From Aeropyrum pernix K1 (GTDB taxonomy: Archaea; Thermoproteota; Thermoprotei_A; Sulfolobales; Acidilobaceae): 32,000 nucleotides of DNA. The first letter of the stretch is position 1. Each line of letters begins with the position of its first letter. The notes below the pieces were generated by a model that saw only the letters and a list, made by a program, of their open reading frames with translations, was not told where the DNA came from and did no database searches. Shown here in pieces: positions 1 through 8,554 of the stretch. The DNA is taken from contig NC_000854.2 of NCBI RefSeq assembly GCF_000011125.1, forward strand, positions 930,001-962,000, given 5' to 3'. The translations under genes and the position numbers were made by a program.

Positions 1-400
1 GAGCGTATATAGCCTCCTCAAGAAGATCGGGCCTGGGATGCTTGAACCCGTATAGCTTGGGATATAGCGATTGATCCCTTAGCCTATAGTCGGCGCTCAG
101 ATCCACAACCCTAACACCATTTTCGTAGGCCTCTGCAACAATACTGGCGCCAACGCCGTGAGGGAGAGCGTTAAAAACAACATCGACCTCTCCAATGTCA
201 ATCTTATCAATAGAGGTATACTTAAGGCCAGTGTAGAAGCCCCGCAGGTGAGGGTGAGCTGTGTGGACAGGCTTTCCAGCATACTCCCTGCTCGTCGCCC
301 ACTCCACCTCTACGCCGGGGTGGGAAGCAAGTATCCTGAGGAGTTCACCACCAGTCATGCCAGAGGCTCCTAGTATGCCAGCGCGAACCGCACGAGCCAT
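1..400 (-). CDS. lysY: N-acetyl-gamma-aminoadipyl(glutamyl)-phosphate reductase, ArgC/LysY family, 3' end outside window
   Basis: Reverse-strand translation from ATG at 400: MARAVRAGILGASGMTGGELLRILASHPGVEVEWATSREYAGKPVHTAHPHLRGFYTGLKY...VFNALPHGVGA...RVVDLSADYRL; typical NAD(P)-binding GASG.TG.E and DLSADYRLRD motifs. Not in the supplied ORF track because it runs off the window. Confidence 0.93.
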   Translation of the reverse strand, partial: MARAVRAGILGASGMTGGELLRILASHPGVEVEWATSREYAGKPVHTAHPHLRGFYTGLKYTSIDKIDIGEVDVVFNALPHGVGASIVAEAYENGVRVVDLSADYRLRDQSLYPKLYGFKHPRPDLLEEAIYA

Positions 401-413
401 ACATATGTACCCC

Positions 414-434
414 AGGTTTAGTGATACTAAACCT
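414..434. promoter_or_regulatory. 21-bp inverted repeat AGGTTTAGT-GAT-ACTAAACCT, candidate operator between lysY and lysW
   Basis: Nine-bp perfect arms with 3-nt spacer, immediately upstream of the lysY start (400) and next to TTTTTATAG (436-444), a possible TATA box for lysW. Confidence 0.5.
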
Positions 435-564
435 CTTTTTATAGCATCCGCACCATGAGATACTCGAAGGTTCGAAATAGGAACCGTATTACTCCATGGG
501 CCGGGATAGAAGGCTTAACAGGAGGGTGCTGGCAACACTGGTCTAGCCTGTGGAGGTGAAGGCC

Positions 565-735
565 ATGGCTACCGTGAAGTGCCCAGTGTGTGGTCTTGAT
601 GTTGAGGTTCCAGAGGATGTTGTTAGTGGAGAGCTGGTTGAACATGACTGCGGCGTCGTGCTGGAGATCGTGGAGAGCGGTGGAAGGCTCGCCTTAAGAG
701 TCTTCGGCGGTGTTGAGGAGGACTGGGGAGAGTGA
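565..735 (+). CDS. lysW: Alpha-aminoadipate/glutamate carrier protein LysW
   Basis: MATVKCPVCGLDVEVPEDVVSGELVEHDCGVVLEIVESGGRLALRVFGGVEEDWGE; CPVC...HDC zinc motif and C-terminal EDWGE. The ORF track extends upstream to GTG 550; ATG 565 follows a GGAGGTG-like RBS. Confidence 0.95.
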   Translation: MATVKCPVCGLDVEVPEDVVSGELVEHDCGVVLEIVESGGRLALRVFGGVEEDWGE

Positions 736-1592
736 GCCTCACCGCGTCAATACTCTTTTTATACGATATTGCAAGGCTCGACGAGAAGATGCTTCTCGAG
801 GAGTTGCGGAAGAGAGCCAGAGTAAGGGTTATCCACACGGCAGCCAGAGCCCTGCCACTGGGAGAGCCTCCGAGGGAAGCCGAGGAAGCCGATCTGGCAG
901 TGGCCCGCGGGGTCAGCGGTAGGAGGCTCCTCTACAGCGCGCTGGCCGCCGAGAGCTGGGGGTTGGAGACGGTAAACAGCAGCCATGCAATAATGGCGTC
1001 GCAAGATAAGGTGTGGAGTCACATGCTACTGTCCAGGCGGGGAGTACCCACTCCACGCTCTTACACCATCCTAGACCCCCAAGCCGTCCCCTATGCTGCG
1101 GAGGCCATAGGGTTCCCCGCGGTATTCAAGCCTGCCCGAGGAAGCTGGGGCAAGCTTGTTTCCCTCCTTAGGGATAAAAGCGAGGCTTCACTCCTCTCCG
1201 AAGCCCTCGAGTATGTTCAGGGGGATTTGAAGCTTGGGCTAGTGCAGGAGTATGTTGACAAGCCGGGGAGGGATATCAGGTCCTTCTGCATAGGCGACAC
1301 TGTGCCAGCAGCGATTTACAGGTATGGCAGCGGCTTTGCTACAAACTTGGCCGCCGGAGGTAGAGCAGCCCCTGCCCCCGTCACAGGGGATGTGGAGGAC
1401 CTAACCCTGAGAGCTTGTGAGGCGTTGGGCGTCGAGGTAGGCGGGGTTGACATAGTAGAGTCCACCCGCGACGGTGGTCTCCTCGTTCTGGAGGTTAACC
1501 CATCCACAGAGTTCAAGAACACGGTGAGGGTGACAGGGGTCAACGTTGCAGCGCTCATAGCGGATTACGTAGTGTCTAGGGTTAGGCGCTAG
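732..1592 (+). CDS. lysX: LysW ligase LysX (ATP-grasp, RimK-like)
   Basis: 286 aa; GTG start overlaps the lysW stop by 4 bp; ATP-grasp features FPAVFKPARGSWGKLV, DIRSFCIGD, VLEVNPSTEFKN; follows lysW. Confidence 0.93.
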   Translation: MSLTASILFLYDIARLDEKMLLEELRKRARVRVIHTAARALPLGEPPREAEEADLAVARGVSGRRLLYSALAAESWGLETVNSSHAIMASQDKVWSHMLLSRRGVPTPRSYTILDPQAVPYAAEAIGFPAVFKPARGSWGKLVSLLRDKSEASLLSEALEYVQGDLKLGLVQEYVDKPGRDIRSFCIGDTVPAAIYRYGSGFATNLAAGGRAAPAPVTGDVEDLTLRACEALGVEVGGVDIVESTRDGGLLVLEVNPSTEFKNTVRVTGVNVAALIADYVVSRVRR

Positions 1593-1615
1593 CTTGTCTC
1601 CACCTCTCGGGGGTT

Positions 1616-2782
1616 GTGAATGTGGTGCTCAAGTTTGTGAGGTTCTACGGCTACAGGGGCCTCAGGATAGTTAAGGGTAGCATGCAGTATGTATGGGACG
1701 ATTCGGGTAGGAAGTATCTCGACTGCCATGCTGGCCATGGAGCAGCGTTTCTTGGCCACTCCAACCCCGCTATCGTAGAGGCGGTAGTGAGGCAGGCTCG
1801 AGAGCTGGTGGCAGCGTCTTCAAGCTTCTCAACACCCAGTCTTGAAGAGGCTCTGACGGAGTTCTCACGCATAGCACCCCCATGGGCGGAGGAGATAGTG
1901 TTCCTAAACACCGGCACAGAGGCTGTCGAGGCTGCCTTGAAGGCTGCATGGCTAGCCACAGGCAAGCGGGGGATTGTCGCCCTCAAGAACTCCTTCCACG
2001 GGAGGACTCTGGCCAGCCTCAGCGTCACGTGGAATCCACGGTATAGGAGAGGGGTTCCAGTGCTTGACACGAGATTCTTAAGTCCATCAACCGACCCTGG
2101 AGAGGTTGAGAAGCTGGTGCCGGAGGATACGGCCGCTATAATCGTGGAGCCCATCCAGGGTGAGGGGGGTTTAACAAAGATCTATGCAGAGCTGGCTAAG
2201 GCCCTGAGAGAGGCTGCTGACAGGGTTGGAGCCTTACTCATATTCGACGAAATACAGACCGGTTTCGGGCGTACGGGACGGGTGTGGGCGCACGAGTCTC
2301 TAGGCGTGGAGCCTGACATCATGACGGCGGGCAAGAGCATAGCGGGGGGGCTGCCGGCCAGCGCGGTGCTATCGAGGGAGGGTGTGCTAGCGACGCTAGC
2401 CAGCGGCCGCCACGGGTCTACGCATGCAGCTAACCCCCTATCTATGGCAGCAGTTGCGGCTGCCTCTAGATTCCTGAGAGAGGAGGGGGTTCCTGATAAG
2501 GCCCGGGCAGCTGGTGCTCTGCTAGAGGGTCTCCTCAGGGATAGGATTGAAGGCTTGAGGCTTGTGAGGGGTGTTAGAGGTGAGGGTCTTATGCTTGGCG
2601 TGGAACTCAGGCTAGACCCCGGCCCCGTCCTCCGGTGTCTCCAGGAGTCCGAGCGTGTTCTAGCCCTTAGGTCGGGTGCCACTGTTGTGAGGCTCCTACC
2701 GCCCTACAGCATATCCCGTGAGGACGCGGAGATGGTGGTGTATGGTCTCGAGCGATGCATATGTGGAGGGTCTGGCTGCTAA
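1616..2782 (+). CDS. lysJ: [LysW]-aminoadipate semialdehyde/acetylornithine-type aminotransferase, class III PLP
   Basis: 388 aa; NTGTEAVEAALKAA, LLIFDEIQTGFGRTGRVWAHE, PDIMTAGKSIAGGLPASAVL (PLP lysine motif); in lys cluster. Confidence 0.93.
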   Translation: MNVVLKFVRFYGYRGLRIVKGSMQYVWDDSGRKYLDCHAGHGAAFLGHSNPAIVEAVVRQARELVAASSSFSTPSLEEALTEFSRIAPPWAEEIVFLNTGTEAVEAALKAAWLATGKRGIVALKNSFHGRTLASLSVTWNPRYRRGVPVLDTRFLSPSTDPGEVEKLVPEDTAAIIVEPIQGEGGLTKIYAELAKALREAADRVGALLIFDEIQTGFGRTGRVWAHESLGVEPDIMTAGKSIAGGLPASAVLSREGVLATLASGRHGSTHAANPLSMAAVAAASRFLREEGVPDKARAAGALLEGLLRDRIEGLRLVRGVRGEGLMLGVELRLDPGPVLRCLQESERVLALRSGATVVRLLPPYSISREDAEMVVYGLERCICGGSGC

Positions 2783-3794
2783 GCTCGCCCTAGACCTCCT
2801 CAGGGTCTACACCCCCACGGGGAGCGAGGAGAGGTTATACCCCGTGCTTGAGCGGTGGGCCTCCGAGCTGGGGCTAGGATTCTCTCTGGACTCTGCTGGA
2901 AACGCCGTGCTATCGGCTGGCCCCGACGGTCTCCCTGTTGTTGGGCTTGTCGGGCATCTCGACACTGTTCCGGGGAGGCTCGAAGCCAGACTTGAGGGAT
3001 ACACGCTCTGGGGGCGTGGAGCGGTCGACGCTAAAGGGCCTCTCGCAGCCATGATACTGGGGCTCCATCTGGCGTCTAGTGAGGGCCTCTCCTGCAGCTC
3101 GGCCGTTCTCGGGCTTGTGGGGGAGGAGGGCGACAGCCCGGGGGCCTGGAGCCTGGTCTCAAGGGGTGACACTCCCCTCCACATAATCGTGGGCGAACCC
3201 ACGGGAGGTGACGGAGTCGCCATAGGCTATAGAGGAAGTCTTACAATCGAAATAGAGTGCACAGGCCATGAGGGCCACTCCTCCAACCCCGAGAGGGGGG
3301 CGGCTGACATGCTGGTTAAAGCCCTCGCCAGCATCCTCGAGCGCGACAGCAGAGCCACAGTCACAAGGCTCAAAGCGGGAACTGCAGCCAACATAACCCC
3401 AGGCAGGGCCTTGGCCACGGTAAACATGAGGTTCAACGAGCCAGGCCTTGAGGCGTTACAGCTAGCCTCAGAGCTCTGCAGCTCTCTCCACCAGCACCGC
3501 TGCCACTGTTCCAGCATAAGCCTGCTCCACCCTGTGAAGACTAGCCTATCCAATGCGACGGCAAGAGCCCTTGTGGCAAGTCTTAGAACTGCAGGAGTGA
3601 AGCCGCGCATAGTCGTGAAACGCGGCACGAGCGATATGAACGTCCTATCCATAGCCACGGAAAGCATAGCTGCCTACGGCCCCGGCGACCCCCGGCTGAG
3701 CCACACAAAGCATGAGAATATAAGAGTGGGAGACATCGTCAAAGCGGCTATGATATACTCGAGAACCCTGACAATACTCTGCAACAGCCTCTAG
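2742..3794 (+). CDS. lysK: [LysW]-lysine/ornithine hydrolase, M20 peptidase family
   Basis: GLVGHLDTVPG, LWGRGAVDAKGPLAAMI, GLVGEEGDSPG, IIVGEPTG; overlaps the lysJ end. ORF track starts at 2718; ATG 2742 (MVSSDAYVEGLAAK) is the likelier start. Confidence 0.91.
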   Translation: MVSSDAYVEGLAAKLALDLLRVYTPTGSEERLYPVLERWASELGLGFSLDSAGNAVLSAGPDGLPVVGLVGHLDTVPGRLEARLEGYTLWGRGAVDAKGPLAAMILGLHLASSEGLSCSSAVLGLVGEEGDSPGAWSLVSRGDTPLHIIVGEPTGGDGVAIGYRGSLTIEIECTGHEGHSSNPERGAADMLVKALASILERDSRATVTRLKAGTAANITPGRALATVNMRFNEPGLEALQLASELCSSLHQHRCHCSSISLLHPVKTSLSNATARALVASLRTAGVKPRIVVKRGTSDMNVLSIATESIAAYGPGDPRLSHTKHENIRVGDIVKAAMIYSRTLTILCNSL

Positions 3795-3888
3795 ACTCTA
3801 CGGCTATAAGGCACGCCAAAACGCCTAAACTCCCCGGCCCTTTATAGAAACATTATCACGGGGGGATGGAGAGCACAGACTGCCGAAG

Positions 3889-3903
3889 CCCCGGCACCCG
3901 GGG
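3889..3903. repeat. GC-rich inverted repeat CCCCGG-CAC-CCGGGG
   Basis: Six-bp perfect arms, 3-nt spacer, in the noncoding gap between lysK and queC. Confidence 0.35.
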
Positions 3904-4071
3904 TTCCATGGGGAGGGTCTCAAGCACTGACGCCCCCACCCTTAATTCTACCTCACATTAGCCGGTAGAGCATGATCGAGTAGTCTCAGGTATCCGTCGG
4001 GCAGTAATCCATGTAATGAGATATTGTTTTAGGCTGTCAATCGCCGCATCCGGTCTAGAGGGTCAGGCTGG

Positions 4072-4881
4072 TTGGCGGTTTGTAGGGCAGTCTCAATAGT
4101 AAGCGGTGGTCCCGATAGCTTCACCTACACTCTCATCTGGCTCTCCCGCGGCTGCAGCGTCCATGCACTCAGCTTCAACTACGGGCAGAAGGCCTCTCGC
4201 GAGGTCCTCACGGCGAGGAAGCTTCTTGAGAAGGCTGACGAGCTGGCTAGTGAGCGGGGGTGGGGCAGGGTTCTGGAGCATAGGCTTGTGGACATAAGCT
4301 TCATGAAGAGCCTCTGGAGGGGTACGCAGCTCACGGACGAGGAGGTTGAGGTTAAGGAGGACTATGCGCCTAGTGTTGTTGTGCCTATAAGAAACGTTGT
4401 CATGCTCTCCATAGCGGCTGCATATGCATACAGCCTCCTCGAGGAGGAGGATGTGGACAGGGTTGTGGTCACGTATGGAGCCCAGAGGGGTGATATAAAG
4501 CCGAGGCCAGACACGGGGGAGCCCCTATACCCCGATTGCAGTCCAGAGTGTATAGAGGCGCTCCAGGCCGCGTTCAGGCTCTGCCACTTCCGGGGTATGA
4601 GGAGGCTCGAGGTGTGGAGCCCCTCTAGGGAGGGCCTGAGCAAGTCAGACCTCCTCAAATGGGCCTACGGCACCGTAGGCAAACTGATATACGATACGTG
4701 GAGCTGCTACTTGAACGGGAAATACCATTGTGGAAGGTGCGAGTCATGTATAAACAGGCACCGCGCCTTCAAGGATGCAGGGCTGCCAGACTGCACCAGA
4801 TACGAGAAGCCGCCCGGCCCGGAGGCCGAGTTCGAGTCTAGGGGTGACTATTATGTCCACAGGAGCTGTAGGGAGGCCTGA
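4072..4881 (+). CDS. queC: 7-cyano-7-deazaguanine synthase (preQ0 synthase) QueC
   Basis: 269 aa; PP-loop [40 protein letters not shown]-terminal [22 protein letters not shown] zinc motif. TTG start. Confidence 0.94.
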   Translation: MAVCRAVSIVSGGPDSFTYTLIWLSRGCSVHALSFNYGQKASREVLTARKLLEKADELASERGWGRVLEHRLVDISFMKSLWRGTQLTDEEVEVKEDYAPSVVVPIRNVVMLSIAAAYAYSLLEEEDVDRVVVTYGAQRGDIKPRPDTGEPLYPDCSPECIEALQAAFRLCHFRGMRRLEVWSPSREGLSKSDLLKWAYGTVGKLIYDTWSCYLNGKYHCGRCESCINRHRAFKDAGLPDCTRYEKPPGPEAEFESRGDYYVHRSCREA

Positions 4882-5218
4882 AACATTCCCCTGCCCTCGG
4901 GGCCTCCACATAGTGCTTGAGACCGCTGTTGATGCTGTGTGCCCCTTCACGGGGGCTCCCGACAGCTATGACGTAGAGATAGAGTACGTTAGCAGGGACG
5001 CCTGCCTGGAAGCCCTGAGTCTGGCCAGCTGGCTCGAGAGTTTCAGGGGGGTTAAGATAAGCCAGGAGCAGCTGGCCCATGAGATAGCGTTAACCCTTAA
5101 GGAGCTGCTGAAGCCTGAATACGTCTGCGTGAAGCTGACTGGGAGTCATGGGAGGGTTGGTATGGTGGTTGAAAGATGTGAGGACACGAGCCCCACAGAA
5201 GATATGGGCCCTATCTAG
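4853..5218 (+). CDS. QueF-like protein, putative crenarchaeal archaeosine synthase (amidinotransferase)
   Basis: [20 protein letters not shown] carries the QueF-type active-site Cys context; overlaps the queC 3' end. The QueF NADPH motif (E-L/S-K-S-x-K-x-Y) is not recognisable ([16 protein letters not shown] instead). ORF track extends to 4775; ATG 4853 preferred. Confidence 0.8.
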   Translation: MSTGAVGRPETFPCPRGLHIVLETAVDAVCPFTGAPDSYDVEIEYVSRDACLEALSLASWLESFRGVKISQEQLAHEIALTLKELLKPEYVCVKLTGSHGRVGMVVERCEDTSPTEDMGPI

Positions 5219-5246
5219 TGGCGACGCGGGGGTTCCTCGTGTTCCT

Positions 5247-6176
5247 CTAGGGCGTCACCAGCCTGTCCTTGAAGATGTCGAAGGGGTGTAGGAAGGGCTT
5301 CCCCTCCAGCTCGATTCTCCTGGTTGCTGGGGGCGCGCTCATGTACCCTGGCATTATCTTTTCCAGCCTCTCCTCGAAGGATTCCCGGGTCTGGTTCCAG
5401 TATAGTATGCCCAGTGGTATTCTGTCGCCGAACTCCATGAGCTTCGCCGCTATTGCAGGGGCCTTCTTCTGGAACTCCTCCGGCGTCCTTATTATCGGGT
5501 CGTAGCCCTCCTCCTGGTCTACATAGTATATCCTCTCCTCATACCACTTGTTCGTCATTATATTGTTGTAGGTTGGGCAGGGCTGGAGTATGTCGACGAG
5601 GGCTGCTCCTCTATGTCTTACCGCGGTTTTTATTAGCTCCTTGAGCTGCTGGGTGTGGTAGGCATAGCCCCTGGCTATGAATGTATAGCCGGCGGCGAAG
5701 GCTAGAAGCACGGGGTTTATGTTGTCGTGTATGTTGGGCATAGAGAGGGCCTTCGTCTTGACCCAGGCTGGCAGCGTCGGCGCTGCCTGGCCTTTTGTGA
5801 GGCCGTAGACGGCATTGTCGAAGAGGAGCACCGTTATGTTGAGGTTCCTCCTGCCGAGGGCGACGAAGTGGCCCCCGCCTATCCCCATTAGATCGCCGTC
5901 TCCTCCAGCTACTATCACGTTTAGATGTGGGTTAGCAAGTTTTACCCCCGTAGCCACAGGTATCGCGCGGCCGTGTAGCGCGTGGAAGTTGCTGCCCTTG
6001 ACATAGTAGGTTGTTCTCCCGCTGCAGCCTATACCTCCCACTACAGCCAGGTTCTCCGGGTCTATACCTAGCTCTGAAACAGCCCTGTATATGCTGTTGA
6101 GTATGCCGAAGTCGCCGCAGCCCGGGCACCACTGAACCCAGGCCTGAGTCTTATAGTCAAGCCAGCTACGAGCCAT
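5247..6176 (-). CDS. 2-oxoacid:ferredoxin oxidoreductase, beta subunit (TPP-binding)
   Basis: 309 aa; WCPGCGDFGILNS, GGIGCSGR, HGRAIPVATGVKLANPHLNVIVAGGDGDLMGIGGGHFVALGRRN, NAVYGLTKGQ. Confidence 0.95.
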   Translation of the reverse strand: MARSWLDYKTQAWVQWCPGCGDFGILNSIYRAVSELGIDPENLAVVGGIGCSGRTTYYVKGSNFHALHGRAIPVATGVKLANPHLNVIVAGGDGDLMGIGGGHFVALGRRNLNITVLLFDNAVYGLTKGQAAPTLPAWVKTKALSMPNIHDNINPVLLAFAAGYTFIARGYAYHTQQLKELIKTAVRHRGAALVDILQPCPTYNNIMTNKWYEERIYYVDQEEGYDPIIRTPEEFQKKAPAIAAKLMEFGDRIPLGILYWNQTRESFEERLEKIMPGYMSAPPATRRIELEGKPFLHPFDIFKDRLVTP

Positions 6177-8094
6177 GGCTCACCACCACCCTCTCCTCAC
6201 CAGTCTCTAGTATCCTCTTCACGGCGCCCGCCACCTCGAACGAGTAGAGAGGCCTCCCATTTATCTTAACTATGCTCGAGTCGGGTTTAATGGAAGTATG
6301 TGCCCTGAGGAGCATGGCGAGCTGACCCAGGAGATTCTGCTCCACCATTATCACCTTCTCCACACCCTCAAGCATCTCCTCCACCAAGCGGCCCGGGAAC
6401 GGGTAGAGGAGGCGGACCTGGGCGAACCTGGCCCTCACACCCTCATCCCTAAGCATCTCGAGGGCCTCTAGTATAGGCTGCTTTGTCGAGCCGAAGGATA
6501 CCAAGGCTACGCTGGCCTCGGAGTCGCCGTGGAGCACAGCCTTCTCCTCATCTGGTATCCTCTCCTCGATTACCTTGAACTTCCTCTCCCTCTTGAACAT
6601 CATGATCTCCCTCATGACCGGGTCCTCAGTCGCGTAGCCGTACTCGTCGTGCTCCAGCCCGGTAATCACCATGGTGGCCGATCCTAGCCTGGCCCTCGGG
6701 CTGATGCCGTCCTCAACCACCTCATACCTCCTATAGTCCGCAGGCGGGTTGTCCAGAAGCTTCCCCCTGGTTATAGGAACCTTCGAGGGGTCCAGGTCCT
6801 CCCTCGCCAGGCTTACCATGCTGGAGGCTAGGTACTTGTCGAGCAGGTGTATAACCGGCGTCTGGAACTCTTCAGCCCAGTTGAAAGCCTTGATCGCGTC
6901 GTAGAAAGCCTCCACGTGGTCTCCCGAAGCCAGGACTATCTTCGGGGCGTCTCCATGCCCCGAGAATATACTGTGGAGGAGGTCCTGCTGCCCAGTCCTG
7001 GTAGGCATCCCCGTGCTCGGGCCGGCTCTCATCCAGAGGGTGACCACTACAGGGATCTCTGCCTCCACGGCGAGGCTAACAGCCTCGTTCATCAGGCTGA
7101 AGCCGGGGCCGCTAGTGGTGGTGGAGGCCCTTGCCCCGGCCGCCGCAGCCCCCAGGACGGCGTTTATGCTGGCCAGCTCGTCCTCCATCTGGACTATCGC
7201 TACGGCTATCTTATCGTACCCCAGCTTCTCGGCCAGGGGCCCGTCTATGCTTATGTAGCTGTGCTTCTCGACGTATAGGGCCTCGTCGGAGGAGGGTGTT
7301 ATGGGATAGTAGGTTATGACGCCTAGGCCCCCCACAATCTTGCCCATAGCAACCAGGTCGTTGCCAGTAGCCACCATCATAGTCTGCCCCCGCCTTGGGC
7401 CTGGGGGGAGCCGCGACTCCGGCTCGCCGAAGGCCTCCCTCACATAGTCAACCGCGATCCTAACCGCCTCCACGTTCATGTTAATTACCTTCTCCTTCCC
7501 AGCGAACTGCAGCGATATTGCCTTCTCAATATACTCGACAGGGACGCCGAGCATGTAGAGCATAGAAGCCAAGCCCAGGGTGTTGAGAGCTCTTGACACC
7601 CTCGCTACTGGGGCGCCAGTCCTCTCTGACAGTGTCTTAAGCATCTCCTTCAGCGGTAGACCCACTATCCTAGCTCCCGCCTCCTCCGCCAGTTTAACGG
7701 CAGACTCCACGACAGGCTGCATACCCCTCGAATCGAAGAGGCTCTTCAACCTCTTCTTAAGAGGCCCAGCCATGGGTTGTATGGCGTCGACCCTGGTGGA
7801 CTTTGTGCCAGGGTCGTACACTAGGATCCCGCCGGGCCTAACGTCTCTGAAGTGGGTGAAGACGCTCTCAGCGTCGAGAGCCAGAACCCCGTCGACAGGA
7901 AGCTTGAGGCTGCGTGGCCTATGCTGCTGGACGCGGAGATGGTAGTAGCTGTGAGCCCCCATTATGTTGCTATGGTACTCCCTAGAGCCCAGGACCTCGT
8001 AGCCCAGGAGAACCATGGATTTGATCGCTATCTGCCCGGCGCTCTCTATACCGCCGCCCTGAGGACCTCCTATTATAAGGCTAATGTCGACCAA
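6166..8094 (-). CDS. 2-oxoacid:ferredoxin oxidoreductase, fused gamma-alpha subunit
   Basis: 642 aa; gamma-domain GGPQGGGIESAGQIAIKSM N-terminally, then the YYPITPSSDEA motif and TTTSGPGFSLMNEAVSLA; overlaps the beta subunit by 11 bp. Confidence 0.95.
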   Translation of the reverse strand: MVDISLIIGGPQGGGIESAGQIAIKSMVLLGYEVLGSREYHSNIMGAHSYYHLRVQQHRPRSLKLPVDGVLALDAESVFTHFRDVRPGGILVYDPGTKSTRVDAIQPMAGPLKKRLKSLFDSRGMQPVVESAVKLAEEAGARIVGLPLKEMLKTLSERTGAPVARVSRALNTLGLASMLYMLGVPVEYIEKAISLQFAGKEKVINMNVEAVRIAVDYVREAFGEPESRLPPGPRRGQTMMVATGNDLVAMGKIVGGLGVITYYPITPSSDEALYVEKHSYISIDGPLAEKLGYDKIAVAIVQMEDELASINAVLGAAAAGARASTTTSGPGFSLMNEAVSLAVEAEIPVVVTLWMRAGPSTGMPTRTGQQDLLHSIFSGHGDAPKIVLASGDHVEAFYDAIKAFNWAEEFQTPVIHLLDKYLASSMVSLAREDLDPSKVPITRGKLLDNPPADYRRYEVVEDGISPRARLGSATMVITGLEHDEYGYATEDPVMREIMMFKRERKFKVIEERIPDEEKAVLHGDSEASVALVSFGSTKQPILEALEMLRDEGVRARFAQVRLLYPFPGRLVEEMLEGVEKVIMVEQNLLGQLAMLLRAHTSIKPDSSIVKINGRPLYSFEVAGAVKRILETGEERVVVSHGS

Positions 8095-8144
8095 ACTACA
8101 TCACCCAGCTAGGCGTGCGACACGATACCTACTTTTTAATTCTA

Positions 8145-8453
8145 CTAAAACGCATCATATATTTCCTCCCTAATATCAGGCTCCAGGTATGCTGATCTAT
8201 ACACTCTGTGCCCCCGTTTAAAATGCTCAGCAGCCTCCTCCCACGAGAGACGGGTTCTACATGTCAAACACCAGTAGAACCCCCCCTTCTCAACCCTCAT
8301 CTCCCTGAAATCCTCGCACCAATAGTCATCAAAAGTCACTGTACGGTGGAGCCTGCAGTAGCCTACATAAGGGTAGAGGGCGTGCGGGCTCCAGTGGAAG
8401 CACATACTACACGAGCCTCTCCCGCTGACTCTCTTTTGATTGCCGAACCCCAA
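8145..8453 (-). CDS. Small Cys/His-rich conserved-type protein, possible metal/Fe-S and C2H2-like zinc-binding parts
   Basis: CSMCFHWSPHALYPYVGYCRLHRTVTFDDYWCEDF (Cx2C-x14-C-x12-C) followed by WCLTCRTRLSWEEAAEHFKRGH (Cx2C...H...H). Confidence 0.7.
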   Translation of the reverse strand: MGFGNQKRVSGRGSCSMCFHWSPHALYPYVGYCRLHRTVTFDDYWCEDFREMRVEKGGFYWCLTCRTRLSWEEAAEHFKRGHRVYRSAYLEPDIREEIYDAF

Positions 8454-8554
8454 TCCCTAGAGCCCCGTGGTAAGTCTCTGGCTAGGAGAAAGTATATCGT
8501 GCCAGCTATATTATGAGCATGAGGGCCACCGTTAGGGCCGGGCGCCCTCGATGA

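Noticed and set aside
1651-2682. 167-aa and 166-aa minus-strand ORFs inside lysJ
   Set aside because: Antisense shadows with Ser/Ala-rich composition; the sense-strand aminotransferase is unambiguous.
8140-8170. ATGATG-like C box on the minus strand near 8150 suggesting a C/D box sRNA
   Set aside because: It is the end of the Cys/His-rich protein coding sequence (YDAF stop), and no proper C/D'/C'/D box spacing was found.
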